DNA from: Malacoraja senta
Lineage: Eukaryota
Direction of reading: 5' to 3'
Length of the DNA stretch: 64,000 bases
NCBI GenBank assembly: GCA_038087875.1
Contig: JAXLNO010001373.1
Coordinates: 124,001-188,000 of the forward strand
In this document: positions 24,388-35,386 of the stretch, in pieces
Numbering within the stretch: position 1 is the first letter of the stretch
Layout of the letters: each line of letters begins with the position of its first letter
The notes under the pieces: model-generated
Seen by the model: only the letters and a program-made list of their open reading frames with translations
Databases searched by the model: none
Told to the model about the DNA's origin: nothing
Position numbers and translations under genes: made by a program

Positions 24388-25314
24388 CTTGAAAGGGAAA
24401 ATATCAACAGATGAACACTAATGTTGGGGTTGGTAAATACTTTATGTGTTTCAACTTAAAATACATTCATCCTTTGTCATTAGATAACCTCATGTAAAAG
24501 TGATGCTACCTTGGTTAGCATCTGATATTAAAATCATGATTGCTGCTGATTGCAACTTTCTCCCTGTTCACGATTATCTTTCACTCTCTTTCTCTTTCTT
24601 TCTCTCTCTCTCTCCCTTCAGTGTTGGGTGGTGTTGCCTCACAATGGGGATTTCATTTTTCATTTAGCTTTGTTTAGTCGTCTATTTAGTCCTTTGTTGC
24701 TCTCTACACGGAGATAAGCAGATCTCTGTATATTGGAGGAATAAGAATGTATGGAAATAGTGCAGATAGATCATTGAGGTGGTAATGTTTAGTTTACTTT
24801 AGTGTAGAGATGCAGCATGGAAACAGGTCCTTCAGTCCACTGAGCCCATGCTGTCCATTGAGGAATTGATCTCAGTGTGGCAGATGGTGCAACTAATAGT
24901 GACTGTGCATAATCTGTGAATGGCTCGATTGTAATCATGTGTTGTCTTTCCGCTGACTGGTTAGCAGGCAACAAAAGCTTTTCACTGTACCTCGGTAGAC
25001 GTGACAATAAAGTAAACTCAAGCAAAGTGATTATAAATGAAGGAACTAACCTACCTATACTGTAATTTCTTTACATTCATCTGTTCACACTATGTATACG
25101 TCTCTGGCAATGCCGAATTACATTCTCCATCCTGATCTCAGAACACAGTGACGAGTGATCTGCATTATTCAGTTAAAAAATAATTTTGGCCTATTTTCAT
25201 TCTCTATTTTGCAGTGTGAACTTCTAATGATGTCTGTCTCTGTAAAACTGACAACATGACATCATGATTCCTCGTGATGTTAGGATTGGAAATAGAACCA
25301 ATTTAAATACTCAC

Positions 25315-25665
25315 TGGTTACATTCAGCTGGGTTCCTTTTCCAAATATAGGCCCCCAAATGCCACAGATGTAATCAGCAGAGTCGGCAATCTCCACCTCT
25401 CTGATGGTCAGTGAGTAGCTGTTTCTGATGTCATTCCTGGAAAGCTGAAATCGATCGGAGAAGCCCGGTGACCTGTGAGTGCCGCCATTGTCATAAAGAC
25501 TAAGTATTTTTCTTCCATTACGTGAGTTGTACCAGTGAACGTCGAATACTTTCACAATGTAATTCACATTGGTGCTGTTCAGGACACACCGTATCTCCAC
25601 TGTTTCACCTTCACGCACCACCAGAGCTCCTGGGGATTGGATCAGGGATATGTTTGCCTTTAGAC
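25315..25665 (-). CDS. Ig VJ-type domain exon V1 (intact)
   Basis: 351 nt, acceptor gttattacccacag, donor A|gtgagt. Sequence: ISLIQSPG..VEIRC..DVHWY..DSADYICGIWGPIFGKGTQLNVT. Confidence 0.92.
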
Positions 25666-25707
25666 CTGTGGGTAATAACAACCAAAGATCAGAACAGATG
25701 ATAACTG

Positions 25708-28700
25708 ATTGAGATGGCGGCGCACACAGTTGCAGCAGCTCAATGTTCTCCCGGTCGGTGCTTTGTTTTTTGTGTGCGCGTTGTCTGTTGTCCTGTGTAC
25801 TTACTGTCGGGCGAACAACATCTATGGCCAGCATGATCTCCTTAGGATTGGAGCTGGTCATGAGCTGAGTGTTACAGCCGAGTTTGTCCGTTTACATAAG
25901 ATCCCGGTGGACATAGCGAGGAGCCCCGGCTCTCCGTGGATTACCATCCCAGCGGGGAGGAGGCGAAGGCGGCGCAGAGAGAGAAGGCAAAAGCGAGGCT
26001 GCAGGGCCAGCGCGCTAGCCAGGCTACGGAGGCAGCCACTCAAACCAACGCTTCCCAGCCTGTTTCTCACGAACGCCAGATCCCTCGCTAACAAGATGGA
26101 TGAACTGAGGCTACAAACTGCAGCTAACAACGCCGTGAAGGACAGCTGCATTCTGTTGATCACGGAGACCTGGCTTCATTCATTCATTCCGGACTCTGCT
26201 ATCGAGCTAGCAGGCTACACCGCACAGCGTCATGACAGGACAAGAGACTCCGGTAAGAGCAGAGGAGGAGGGCTCTGTGTGTATGTGAACAACAACTGGT
26301 GTACTAACACAGTGATTGTAGACAGTCACTGCTCCCCGGACCTGGAGTATGTGACTGATAAATGCAGGCCCATTTATCTCCCTAGAGAGTTTACTGTCGT
26401 CATGATAACTGTTGTATACATACCACCGGATGCTAATGCTAACTCGGCTATCGGACATTTGTATGGTAGCACTAGCAGCCAGCAGAGCACATATCCTGAC
26501 GCTGTTCACATCATGGCAGGGGACTTTAATCACGCGGACTTGAAGGCAATGCTCCCCAAATTCTATCAGCATGTTAAATGTGCTACAAGAGGAGCTAACA
26601 CACTGGACAAGGTCTACTCCAACATCAAGCTGGGCTACAGGGCTAGACCACTACCACACCTGGGCCAGTCTGACCATATGTCCCTGCTTTTAATTCCTGC
26701 ATATGCCCCCCTCAGGAAAACTGCTCCTACCATCACAAAGACCATCACAACTTGGCCTGATGGCGCCTCTCAGCAGCTGCAGGACTGCTTCGACAGGACC
26801 AACTGGGATGTGTTTGAACACCAGGACATGGAGGTGTTCACAGACAGTGTACTATGTTACATAAAAAACTGCATGGACACTGTCACAGTGGACAAACGCA
26901 TCCAGGTCTACCCCAACCAGAAGCCCTGGATGACCCGGGAGGTCCAGCGGCTGTTAAAAGAGAGGAACACCGCTTTTAGGTCTGGCGATAGGGCTTTATA
27001 CAGCACGGCCCGAGCTAACCTGAAGAAAGGCATCAGAGAGGCCAAATCAGACTACAGAAGGAGGATAGAGGACCACCTGGACAGTAACAACAGCAGGCAG
27101 GTGTGGCAGGGGATCCAGTATCTCACCAACTACAAGACCAACCTTGGAGCTGCTGAAGGTGACGCATCGTTGGCAGAGGAGCTGAACCTCTTCTTTGCTC
27201 GCTTTGAAGCGGAGCCACTAGAGACAGCCATATCACACCACATGGTCCACAGCAGCTTATCCCTCAAAATAGAGGAGCATGAGGTGAGGCGCACGCTGCG
27301 GGCCATCAATCCGAGGAAGGCTGCTGGACCCGACGGCGTTTCTGGACGAGTGCTGAAGGACTGCGCAGACCAGCTGGCTGGAGTCTTTACGAGGATTTTC
27401 AACCAGTCTCTGGCCCAGTCCACTGTCCCATCCTGTCTGAAGTCCTCCACCATAGTCCCCTTGCCCAAAAAAACCCACATTTCCAGCCTCAACGACTACC
27501 GGCCAGTCGCACTCACACCAGTGGTGATGAAGTGTTTTGAAAATGTCACATCACATCACTCCTGCCCCGAAGCTTTGACCCCCACCAGTTTGCGTATAGA
27601 GCGAATAGATCCACAGAGGATGCTGTAGCCACAGCCCTCCATGCTGCACTGTCACATCTGGAGCAGCGGGGGAGCTACGTGCGGATGCTCTTTGTGGACT
27701 ACAGCTCTGCTTTTAACACCATCCTTCCCCACAAACTGGTGGACAAACTGGGGGACCTGGGACTTCCACACTCCACCTGCATGTGGATAAAGAGCTTCCT
27801 GTCGGGTCGCAGTCAGAGAGTCAGAGTGGGCCATCACACATCCACGGCCCTCAGCCTCAGTACCGGCTCTCCACAGGGCTGCGTGCTGAGCCCCCTGCTT
27901 TACACCATCTACACATATGACTGCACCCCCGCCCACCACAGTAACACCATTGTCAAATTCGCGGATTACACCACGGTGGTGGGGCTCATCTCTGGGGGGG
28001 ATGAGTACGCATACAGGGATGAGGTGGAGCAGCTGACAGGGTGGTGTGGAGAAAATAACCTGCTCCTCAACACCTCAAAGACCAAGGAGCTCATAATAGA
28101 TTGCAAAAAGAAGAAAACGGACATTACACCACTAATCATCGATGGGGACTGTGTGGAGAGGGTGGCGGATTTCTGCTTCCTGGGAATCCACATTGAGGAG
28201 GACCTGACATGGAGCGTGAACACCTCTGCGCTGCTGAAAAAGGTCCAGCAGAGACTGTACTTCCTGAGGGTGCTCAGGAAGAACAACATCACCCAGAGAC
28301 TGCTGCTATCCTTTTATCGGTGCTCAATAGAGAGCATCTTAACATACTGTGTATTCGTGTGGTTCACCAGCTGCACAGCGGCTAAGAGGAAAGCGCTCCA
28401 GAGGGCTATTGACAAGGCCCAGAAGATTATCGGCTGCCCTCTCCTCACCTTGGAGGACCTACACAGTTCCCACTGTCTCAAAAAATCCCAGAACATCATA
28501 AAGGACATTTTCCACCCCGGTCACTCCCTGTTTGAACTGTTGCCGTCAGGCAGATGGTACAGATCAATGAGGACAAGGACAAACAGACTCAAAAACAGTT
28601 TTTATCCCACAGCAATAACTACACTTAATGTAGCCACCAAATGAGTGCAGGTGTGCTACATACCAAAGGGATTGTGAAATCGACAGAAGAATGTTTTTTT

Positions 28701-28841
28701 TCATGTTATTTATTTTAGTTGTTTATTTTAGACATTTGCTTTTAGATAATGTGTGAATGGGGCACTGACTGGTTGGCATTTTTAATTTCGTTGTACATAT
28801 TTACATGTTATAATGACAATAAAGTATTCATTCATTCATTC
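25708..28841 (+). mobile_element. Rex1/Babar LINE, near full length, one frameshift
   Basis: ORFs 25709-27628 (NARSLANKMDEL, GDFNHA, PGQSDH) and 27679-28644 (FVDYSSAFNTI). (ttca)n tail and candidate TSD aactg. Confidence 0.92.
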
Positions 28842-28844
28842 AAC

Positions 28845-31283
28845 TGTAGATGGTTTATGCATGCAACCAATCACATAGCTACCTCACCACTACTAACCCC
28901 GCCTTAAGTATCATTTATAATAACGCCTGCTTCTCCTTCTGCGCAGTACAGTAGCAGACTGGAGTCCGTGACTACTCATGTGTTGTTTAACTCTGTATAC
29001 TTATTAAAGACTATTATAATGCTACACGTGTGTAATGACCATTTACATGGTGTCAGACAGTGACTACTCGCGTCTCCTGTTTATCGTTTTTTATTTCTTT
29101 TGCTAAGTTTTTATTTTCATTTTGACAATGGCTTCCTCTTGCCGAAAGCCTGCTCAGCTCGTCTTCGAATCGGACATCGCGGAGCGCTGGGCTACTTTTG
29201 AACTGGACTACCGCCACTACATGACTATTGCACATCGGACTCAAGCCCGATCCTTTGAAAGCTGCCGCTATCACTGAGATGCCGGCCCCCACCGACGTGC
29301 TCAGTCTACAGCGCTTCCTGGGCATGGTGAACTATCTTGGGAAATTTATTCCCAACCTCAGCGAACTGAGCTCGTCCCTGCGACAACTGACTAGAAAAGA
29401 CAGTTTCCGCAGCACCAGCAGGCTTTCGATGCTTTAAAGTCTAAGCTGGTCAGCACTCCTACTCTGACGTTTTTCGACCTGATGCACCCCATCACCGTCA
29501 CCTGTGATGCCTCGCGATTCGGGCTCGGTGCAGCCTGCCTACAGTCCTCTGCAGATGGCTCCCTGCTCCCTGTCTCCTATGCCTCCCATACCATGACCGA
29601 CACCGAACAACGCTATGCACAGATCGAAAAGGAGCTGCTCGCCGTCGTTTTCACCTGCTCTAAGTTCAAGGACTTTCTTTTCGGGAATTCTTTCACGGTC
29701 GAGACGGATCACCAGCCATTGGTGACCATCCTGAGTAAGCCGATCCATGGTCATCCAAGACGGCATTATTGTTAAGGGCCACAAGGTCATGATCCCCTCC
29801 TCCCTGTATGACAAGTACTATAGCGTGGCCCACAGCGGGCATCCGGGCGTCGATGCCACGATCACCCACACACAGTGCCAATTCTACTGGCCTGGAATGA
29901 CTAAGTACATTCGGGACCGTGTCTCGTCTTGCACTACCTGCAACAGCCTTCCGCCCCACCAGCAAAGGCAACCCCTTTTGCAACAACCCGCGCCTGCCCT
30001 GGCCTGGACCTCGGTGGCCGCCGACATTTTCGAGTGGCGTGGTAAACACTACCTCGTCCTTGCTGACTCGTACTCGAACTGGTTCGAGGTTGACCTTCTG
30101 ACCTCCCTCATGTCCGAGATGGTCATCCGTAAGCTGAGGAAACATTTTTCCACTTTCGGTTCGCCTGTCCGTCTGCAGACCGACAACGGCAGGCAGTTTA
30201 CCAGCCAGGAGTTCAAGAACTTTGCCAACAAGTGGAACTTCCTCCACTTCACGAGCAGCCCTGAGTACCCGCAGAGTAACGGGCTTGCTGAGCGGGCTGT
30301 CCGGAGTGCCAAACTACTAATGGAGCAAGCGCGCCTGGCGAATTCCGACTTTTACCTCGACCTCCTGAACCTAAGGAACATTTCCAGGGACGCAACCCTA
30401 GGCTCACCTGCTCAGCGGCTGATGTCCAGAACAACAAGACCACCGATTCCGATTGCTCAACACAAGTTGCTGCCTCGTGTGCTGCAGCCTGCCTCCGTCC
30501 AGAAGCGCATTTAGGCTAAGCATGACATCCAAAGATGGTCACATGATAGATCGTGCAACCCTCTCAAGCCTCTGCTGCCTGGACAGGCCGTTCGTCTACA
30601 TACTGCTAGCGGATATTCCCGTCTGGCCACCGTGGTTGGCATTGCCGATGCGCCTCGTTCGTACCTTGTGGACTTTGAAGGGACTGTTTACCGCAGGAGT
30701 CGTCAGCACCTGCTTGCAGTACAGGAGCCGCTCCCACAGGCAGCCGGACCGTACTCTCCACCGCTGCAGTTCCAGCCATCCGCTGCTGAGCCCGTTGCCG
30801 GCCCCTGCATGCCTCAGTCCCCTCGCGTGTTTTGTTCACCTTCGCGTGGGTCGCCCATTGCTAACCATTTTTCTAGCCCTTCTGCACGTTTGTCCCCCAT
30901 GCCGCTTTCTGTTTCCCCTCCGGCTTCGTCGCCTCCGGGTTTGGGTCTTTCTGGCGAGGGGGGGGAAGGGTTGGTCCGTACGCGCTCGGGCCGTGTCAGC
31001 AAGCCGCCTGTTCGATATGGTGATTTTGTTTAAGTCGTTGCCATAGTTATCCACCATGTTTAATCTTCTAAGGGGAACGATGTAGATGGTTTATGCATGC
31101 AACCAATCACATAGCTACCTCACCACTACTAACCCCGCCTTAAGTATCATTTATAATAACGCCTGCTTCTCCTTCTGCGCAGTACAGTAGCAGACTGGAG
31201 TCCGTGACTACTCATGTGCTGTTTAACTCTGTATACTTATTAAAGACTATTATAATGCTACACGTGTGTAATGACCATTTACA
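28845..31283 (+). mobile_element. Internally deleted Ty3/Gypsy LTR retrotransposon
   Basis: 203-bp TG..CA LTRs at 28845-29047 and 31081-31283 (one mismatch seen), PBS tggtgtcaga, PPT aaggggaacga. RNase H (CDAS, YAQIEKELLA) and integrase (HxGHPG, TDNG, SNGLAERAV) are present. Confidence 0.95.
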
Positions 31284-31431
31284 ATAATCACAAAAATAAT
31301 TTGAAACGAAAGGCAGCATGAAAACTCTTGGATATTTATGAATGTTCTGCACATGTATCCTCAATTTGTAAACTCTTTTGTTTTCTCCTGAGCTTCGCTC
31401 TTTCACTCTGCACTGAAATGACGAACAATAC

Positions 31432-31495
31432 CTTTGGTAAAAGCAACAGCTCAAAAGTACAAACACTGAATATCAAAGGTTAAATCCTGCTCCAT
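31432..31495 (-). pseudogene. Candidate degenerate leader exon for V1
   Basis: ATG to AAAG|gtattg is 64 nt, phase 1, with an in-frame TGA. An overlapping frame reads VFVLLSCCFYQ. It sits about 185 nt from the V1 acceptor once the Rex1 and Gypsy insertions are removed. Confidence 0.35.
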
Positions 31496-32689
31496 GTAAG
31501 TGCTTGTTGACTGTACAAAGTGTGTTAAACTGAGCAGTAAATCAGGAACAAAGCTGGCAGTTCTAGTAACATTCATTTAGTATATGTAAGATTCTGTTGC
31601 AGTCGGATAAAGAAGACTAAGGAAATTCAGCATGCTTCCAACAACTCTTACAAATGTCTATGCATGGACCACATAAAGCATCCTATTGATTACTAGTTTG
31701 TCAATTACTCTACCCTACACTCCACCTTGCCTCGGGAACGCAACCAACATAGTGAAAGACCATTCACTCCCCTGTCATTCCTACTTGTCCCCTCTCCTGT
31801 CAGGCAGAAGATACAAAACTTCACAGCATCTGGCAGCAGTTTTACGATACGATACAATAACATTTTATTCATCCCCGGAGGGAAATTGGTCTGCCAACAG
31901 TCACAACACACAAGGTACACAAATACTTGAAATTAAAAGTGAAAAAAAAAGACAAGTTGGCTGGCTGCCATGTGCACAGCGCCTTCACCAGAACGAACGA
32001 TCAAACAAAACAAACGCAGGCTTTTCCCCTAGGAAGAGGATTCTAAAACTAGAGTGCCCCCACACACCAGTTCCCACTCTGCTCTCCCACCGTCCCTCAT
32101 GGCAGTCCCCCCATGCTGTGAATATAAATCTTGAATAAACGCTGTAAGATTGTTCTGTGAAGGTAAAATGGTTTGGCCAGGTGGACTGGATTAAAACATA
32201 AAATGTCTGCTGACCAAAGTTGCTGAATATGTAGCTGCAGGTTTCAGGAAGTTGTGGTCAGGAGAAATACACATTGTCCTGCTGTTACTGCATATTCGCG
32301 ACTATGGTATTAACTGCCCCCGTCTGACTGAGATGGCTGGCTCTCAGAAGTCTGAGGAATATACAAACCGCCGCGCCCAGAAGTCTGAGGAAAGTACCTG
32401 TCTTATCTCTAGTATTGTTCCACTAAATAACATCTCCCAATATGTACGTGCCTGTTATCCTGACCATTGCGTACGTGTCTGTTGCTTTGTTTGGGTAATG
32501 TGGGAGGCATAAACCGCAGCATTAATGTATATAAGGCATTACGAATAAAGGCATAGAGCTTGACTCTTTGCTAGGTTGCTAACCTGTGTAAAGACTCCTG
32601 CTGAATAAATGTACGTTTAAACGAACCCAGGTGTCCGGTCGATTATTGTCGAAACAACCGATGTAAGAGGAAATCGAGAGATTCACATT

Positions 32690-32707
32690 TGGTGTCAGAA
32701 GTGGGAT
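32690..32707 (+). promoter_or_regulatory. Primer-binding site, tRNA-Leu(CAA)-like
   Basis: TGGTGTCAGAAGTGGGAT is the complement of the vertebrate tRNA-Leu(CAA) 3' end AUCCCACUUCUGACACCA (recalled sequence). Confidence 0.8.
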
Positions 32708-33240
32708 GTCAACCAGCGGCTGATCGAGCCAGCGAGTGAATCCACTGGGCGACGGGATCGATGTGAAGGTTGCGCAGCCAAGTGAGTAGATTTAGTTAAA
32801 TCACCTCTTGGTCCTTCCTCGTATCCCGGCGCAGCAGGATAATTCGCCGGCGTGCGTCAGTCGGTGGGACGACATCCGAACGTTCCGGTTGTGGGCACTG
32901 GGATAGGGCCGTCTCGAGGATTGTCCTAGTCTGATCGAGCGGATAAAACACCCCGTAGAGGGGGACCGTCGACGGTATATAAAAGGAGTGCACTGGGGGT
33001 AGGATGGGAATGTAATGGTTATTGAATCGTCGGGAAGAAGGCGACCGATTAATAGTATTGAGACGTTAACCGAGACCAAGGTACCCCTGTATCTCACAGA
33101 AAGCCCGCCTTAGACTGGTTGTTAAGAGAGGAAATCCTCCACGCGAAGGTCAGGAATTGAAGTGACAGAGTGAGATACGGCGGCACCAAGGACTCACGGT
33201 TAACCCTGAAATATTGGTGTGTAATAGTATAAGTATAAAA

Positions 33241-33835
33241 ATGGGTAATGGTATAGACACCAGTTGTCACCGGCCATTACATCAGCTATGTTTCTTGCAT
33301 CCGGAAATGGAGGAGACCTTCAGGCGTATGTCGGGAGGACTCATCCATAAACTGGGGAAGGATGAATGGCCTGAAGGGGGTTCCAAGGATATGGGTGTGT
33401 TGTCAAGGGCCCAGAGTGTAATATGGAAAAAGGATTTTTTAAAAAAGTATAAAAAGGCCATTCAGTTGTGGATCGATCATTGTAACGTGGAAAAGGCACG
33501 GTCTTTAACGGCCAGAGTAATGCCTTGAGACTAGGAATACCCCTGACCGATGGGGGTCAGGAGAAGTCGGTGACAGTATTAAAACAGGAATGTAGGCATG
33601 CTAAGGAGAATAAGGATCGCCAGGAGCGAGAGAGACAAAATAAGGCTGAGGTAGATAAAGACTTACGTAAGTCGGTGGCTGGCATAGATTTGGGAGGTGA
33701 CGAGGAGGAGGTAGAGGATTACCATTGGGGAGCCCAGGGAGCACCCCCGCTGAACCAGCCTGCCCCCGTTGCCAGTCCCGTGTTTGCTCCTCCAATTCCC
33801 GCTACCCGATCCAAGATTAAACCTCACCTCGACAG
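33241..33835 (+). pseudogene. gag: ERV gag N-terminus (MA region), truncated by a deletion
   Basis: MGNGID start (possible myristoylation Gly) and a WPEGGS motif. Capsid, nucleocapsid, protease and RT are missing. Confidence 0.6.
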
Positions 33836-35141
33836 GCCATAAGATTGCCAATCAGATCCTGGTCTCTGACCTGTTGAATGCTATCCTTCTGCCATCTGCG
33901 GTAGCCATAATCAAATGTGCGGCCCACACGACAGGAGATTCCCCGGTCCGAATCGGTAACAGGTTGGCTGACGAAGCGGCTAAGTGTGCTTCACGTGGTA
34001 TATCTAAAGTAGTGGGCAGTATGATGAGACAGGTGAAAAGCCTTTATATGGGCTCGTCTGAATCTGAGAAACCTATGCCAACCATGAATGATGTATTGCT
34101 CTTACAGGGGGACGCCTCTGTTGATGTTATAATAGAATGGGAGCAGCTGGGCTGTCGGAAGGCTGACTCCGGACTATGGCTCACGCCGGCCGGACAGACC
34201 TGTATGACAGACCAGTTAGCGACCTGGGTTGTTGATTGCCTACATCCAGCCACTCACTGTGGGGCCACCTTGCTAGTAGATGCTCTCTTACAGGCATGGT
34301 GGCATCCTCGGCTTAAGGTTTTGGCAGCCCAAACTAGTGCACGGTGCCTCACCTGTGCTACACACAACCCTGGTAAGGGAGTTGTCTGCCAGACTGCTTA
34401 CATACTGCTCCGTTTGAAACCTTACAGATGGATTTTATTGATTTGCCTAAGTGTCAGTCTTATAAACATGTGCTTGTTATTGTTGATGTGTTTGCTAGGT
34501 GGATTGAAGCCTTTCCAACCACTGATTGCACTGCTTCTACGGTGGTGTCTATTTTGTTACGGCAGTTTGTTCCTCGCTTTGGGGTTCCAAACACCATTAG
34601 TTGGGATAACGGCCCTCACTTTATTGCCGCTATTAATAAAGAATTGTACCGACAGCTGGGTGTAACCCAGCGGCTGCATTGTGCTTATCGCCCACAGGCT
34701 GCAGGAATGGTGGAACGCTTGAACCAGACCCTGAGGACCAAGCTTGCCAAGCTGGTGGACCAATCGGGCTCCACCTGGGTTAAAATGTTGCCTGTTGCTT
34801 TGTTTCAGATCAGAGTCCTTCCAGCAGGGAAGACAAGGTTGTCTCCTGCAGAGATCATCTATGGCCGACCCCTGCGCACCCCCTGGACGGACATTATCCC
34901 GGCCACAACGACATTGCATCATATGATGGAGGAGATGGTCTCTTACGTCCTTGCCCTTACAAGGGCCCTGCGTGAGATTCACGGGGAGGTCAAGGCCGCT
35001 TATGTGGGCGACATAGACTTTCCCGTTGATGGATGGATCACCCCGGGTTCTTATGTGTTGATTAAGAATTGGGTTCGTAAGGACACCCTTTCTCCTCGAT
35101 GGTTAGGCCCCTTCCAGGTTCTCCTCACCACCCCGCGGTAA
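33836..35141 (+). pseudogene. pol: ERV pol C-terminus (RNase H end plus integrase)
   Basis: IIKCAAH..GNRLADEAAK, HPATHCG, CLTC, MDFIDLP, WDNGPHF and AAGMVERLN motifs, frameshifted. Confidence 0.9.
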
Positions 35142-35386
35142 AGGTGGAAGGATGATCGGCATGGGTGCATTTGCACCATTGTAAAGTGCTTGGTGACACC
35201 AAGCAAAGGGGGAAGGTCGAGGTCAGGGAGAGGGATCCGGTCGAGGTCAGGGAGAGGGATCCGGTCCACGAAAAGTATGGTACGAATTAATTTTGCTATG
35301 AAATTGCACGTTCTTTTCTTTTCCCCTCCCTTATGTTTGCAGATACGAAATAAACCACGTTCGCAGATACGAAATAAACCGCTAAG

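Noticed and set aside
24495-24540. Short ATG..CAAG|gtagca leader-like segment upstream of V2
   Set aside because: Only nine codons (MILISDANQ) with no hydrophobic core.
5968-25665. Rearranging TCR/Ig V-segment array
   Set aside because: Every V already includes a J-like strand and a splice donor. No complete RSS, separate J segments or C exon were seen.
32252-32512. 87-aa ORF repeated at 37560-37820
   Set aside because: It lies within the two LTRs, starts at a non-ATG codon and shows no protein features.
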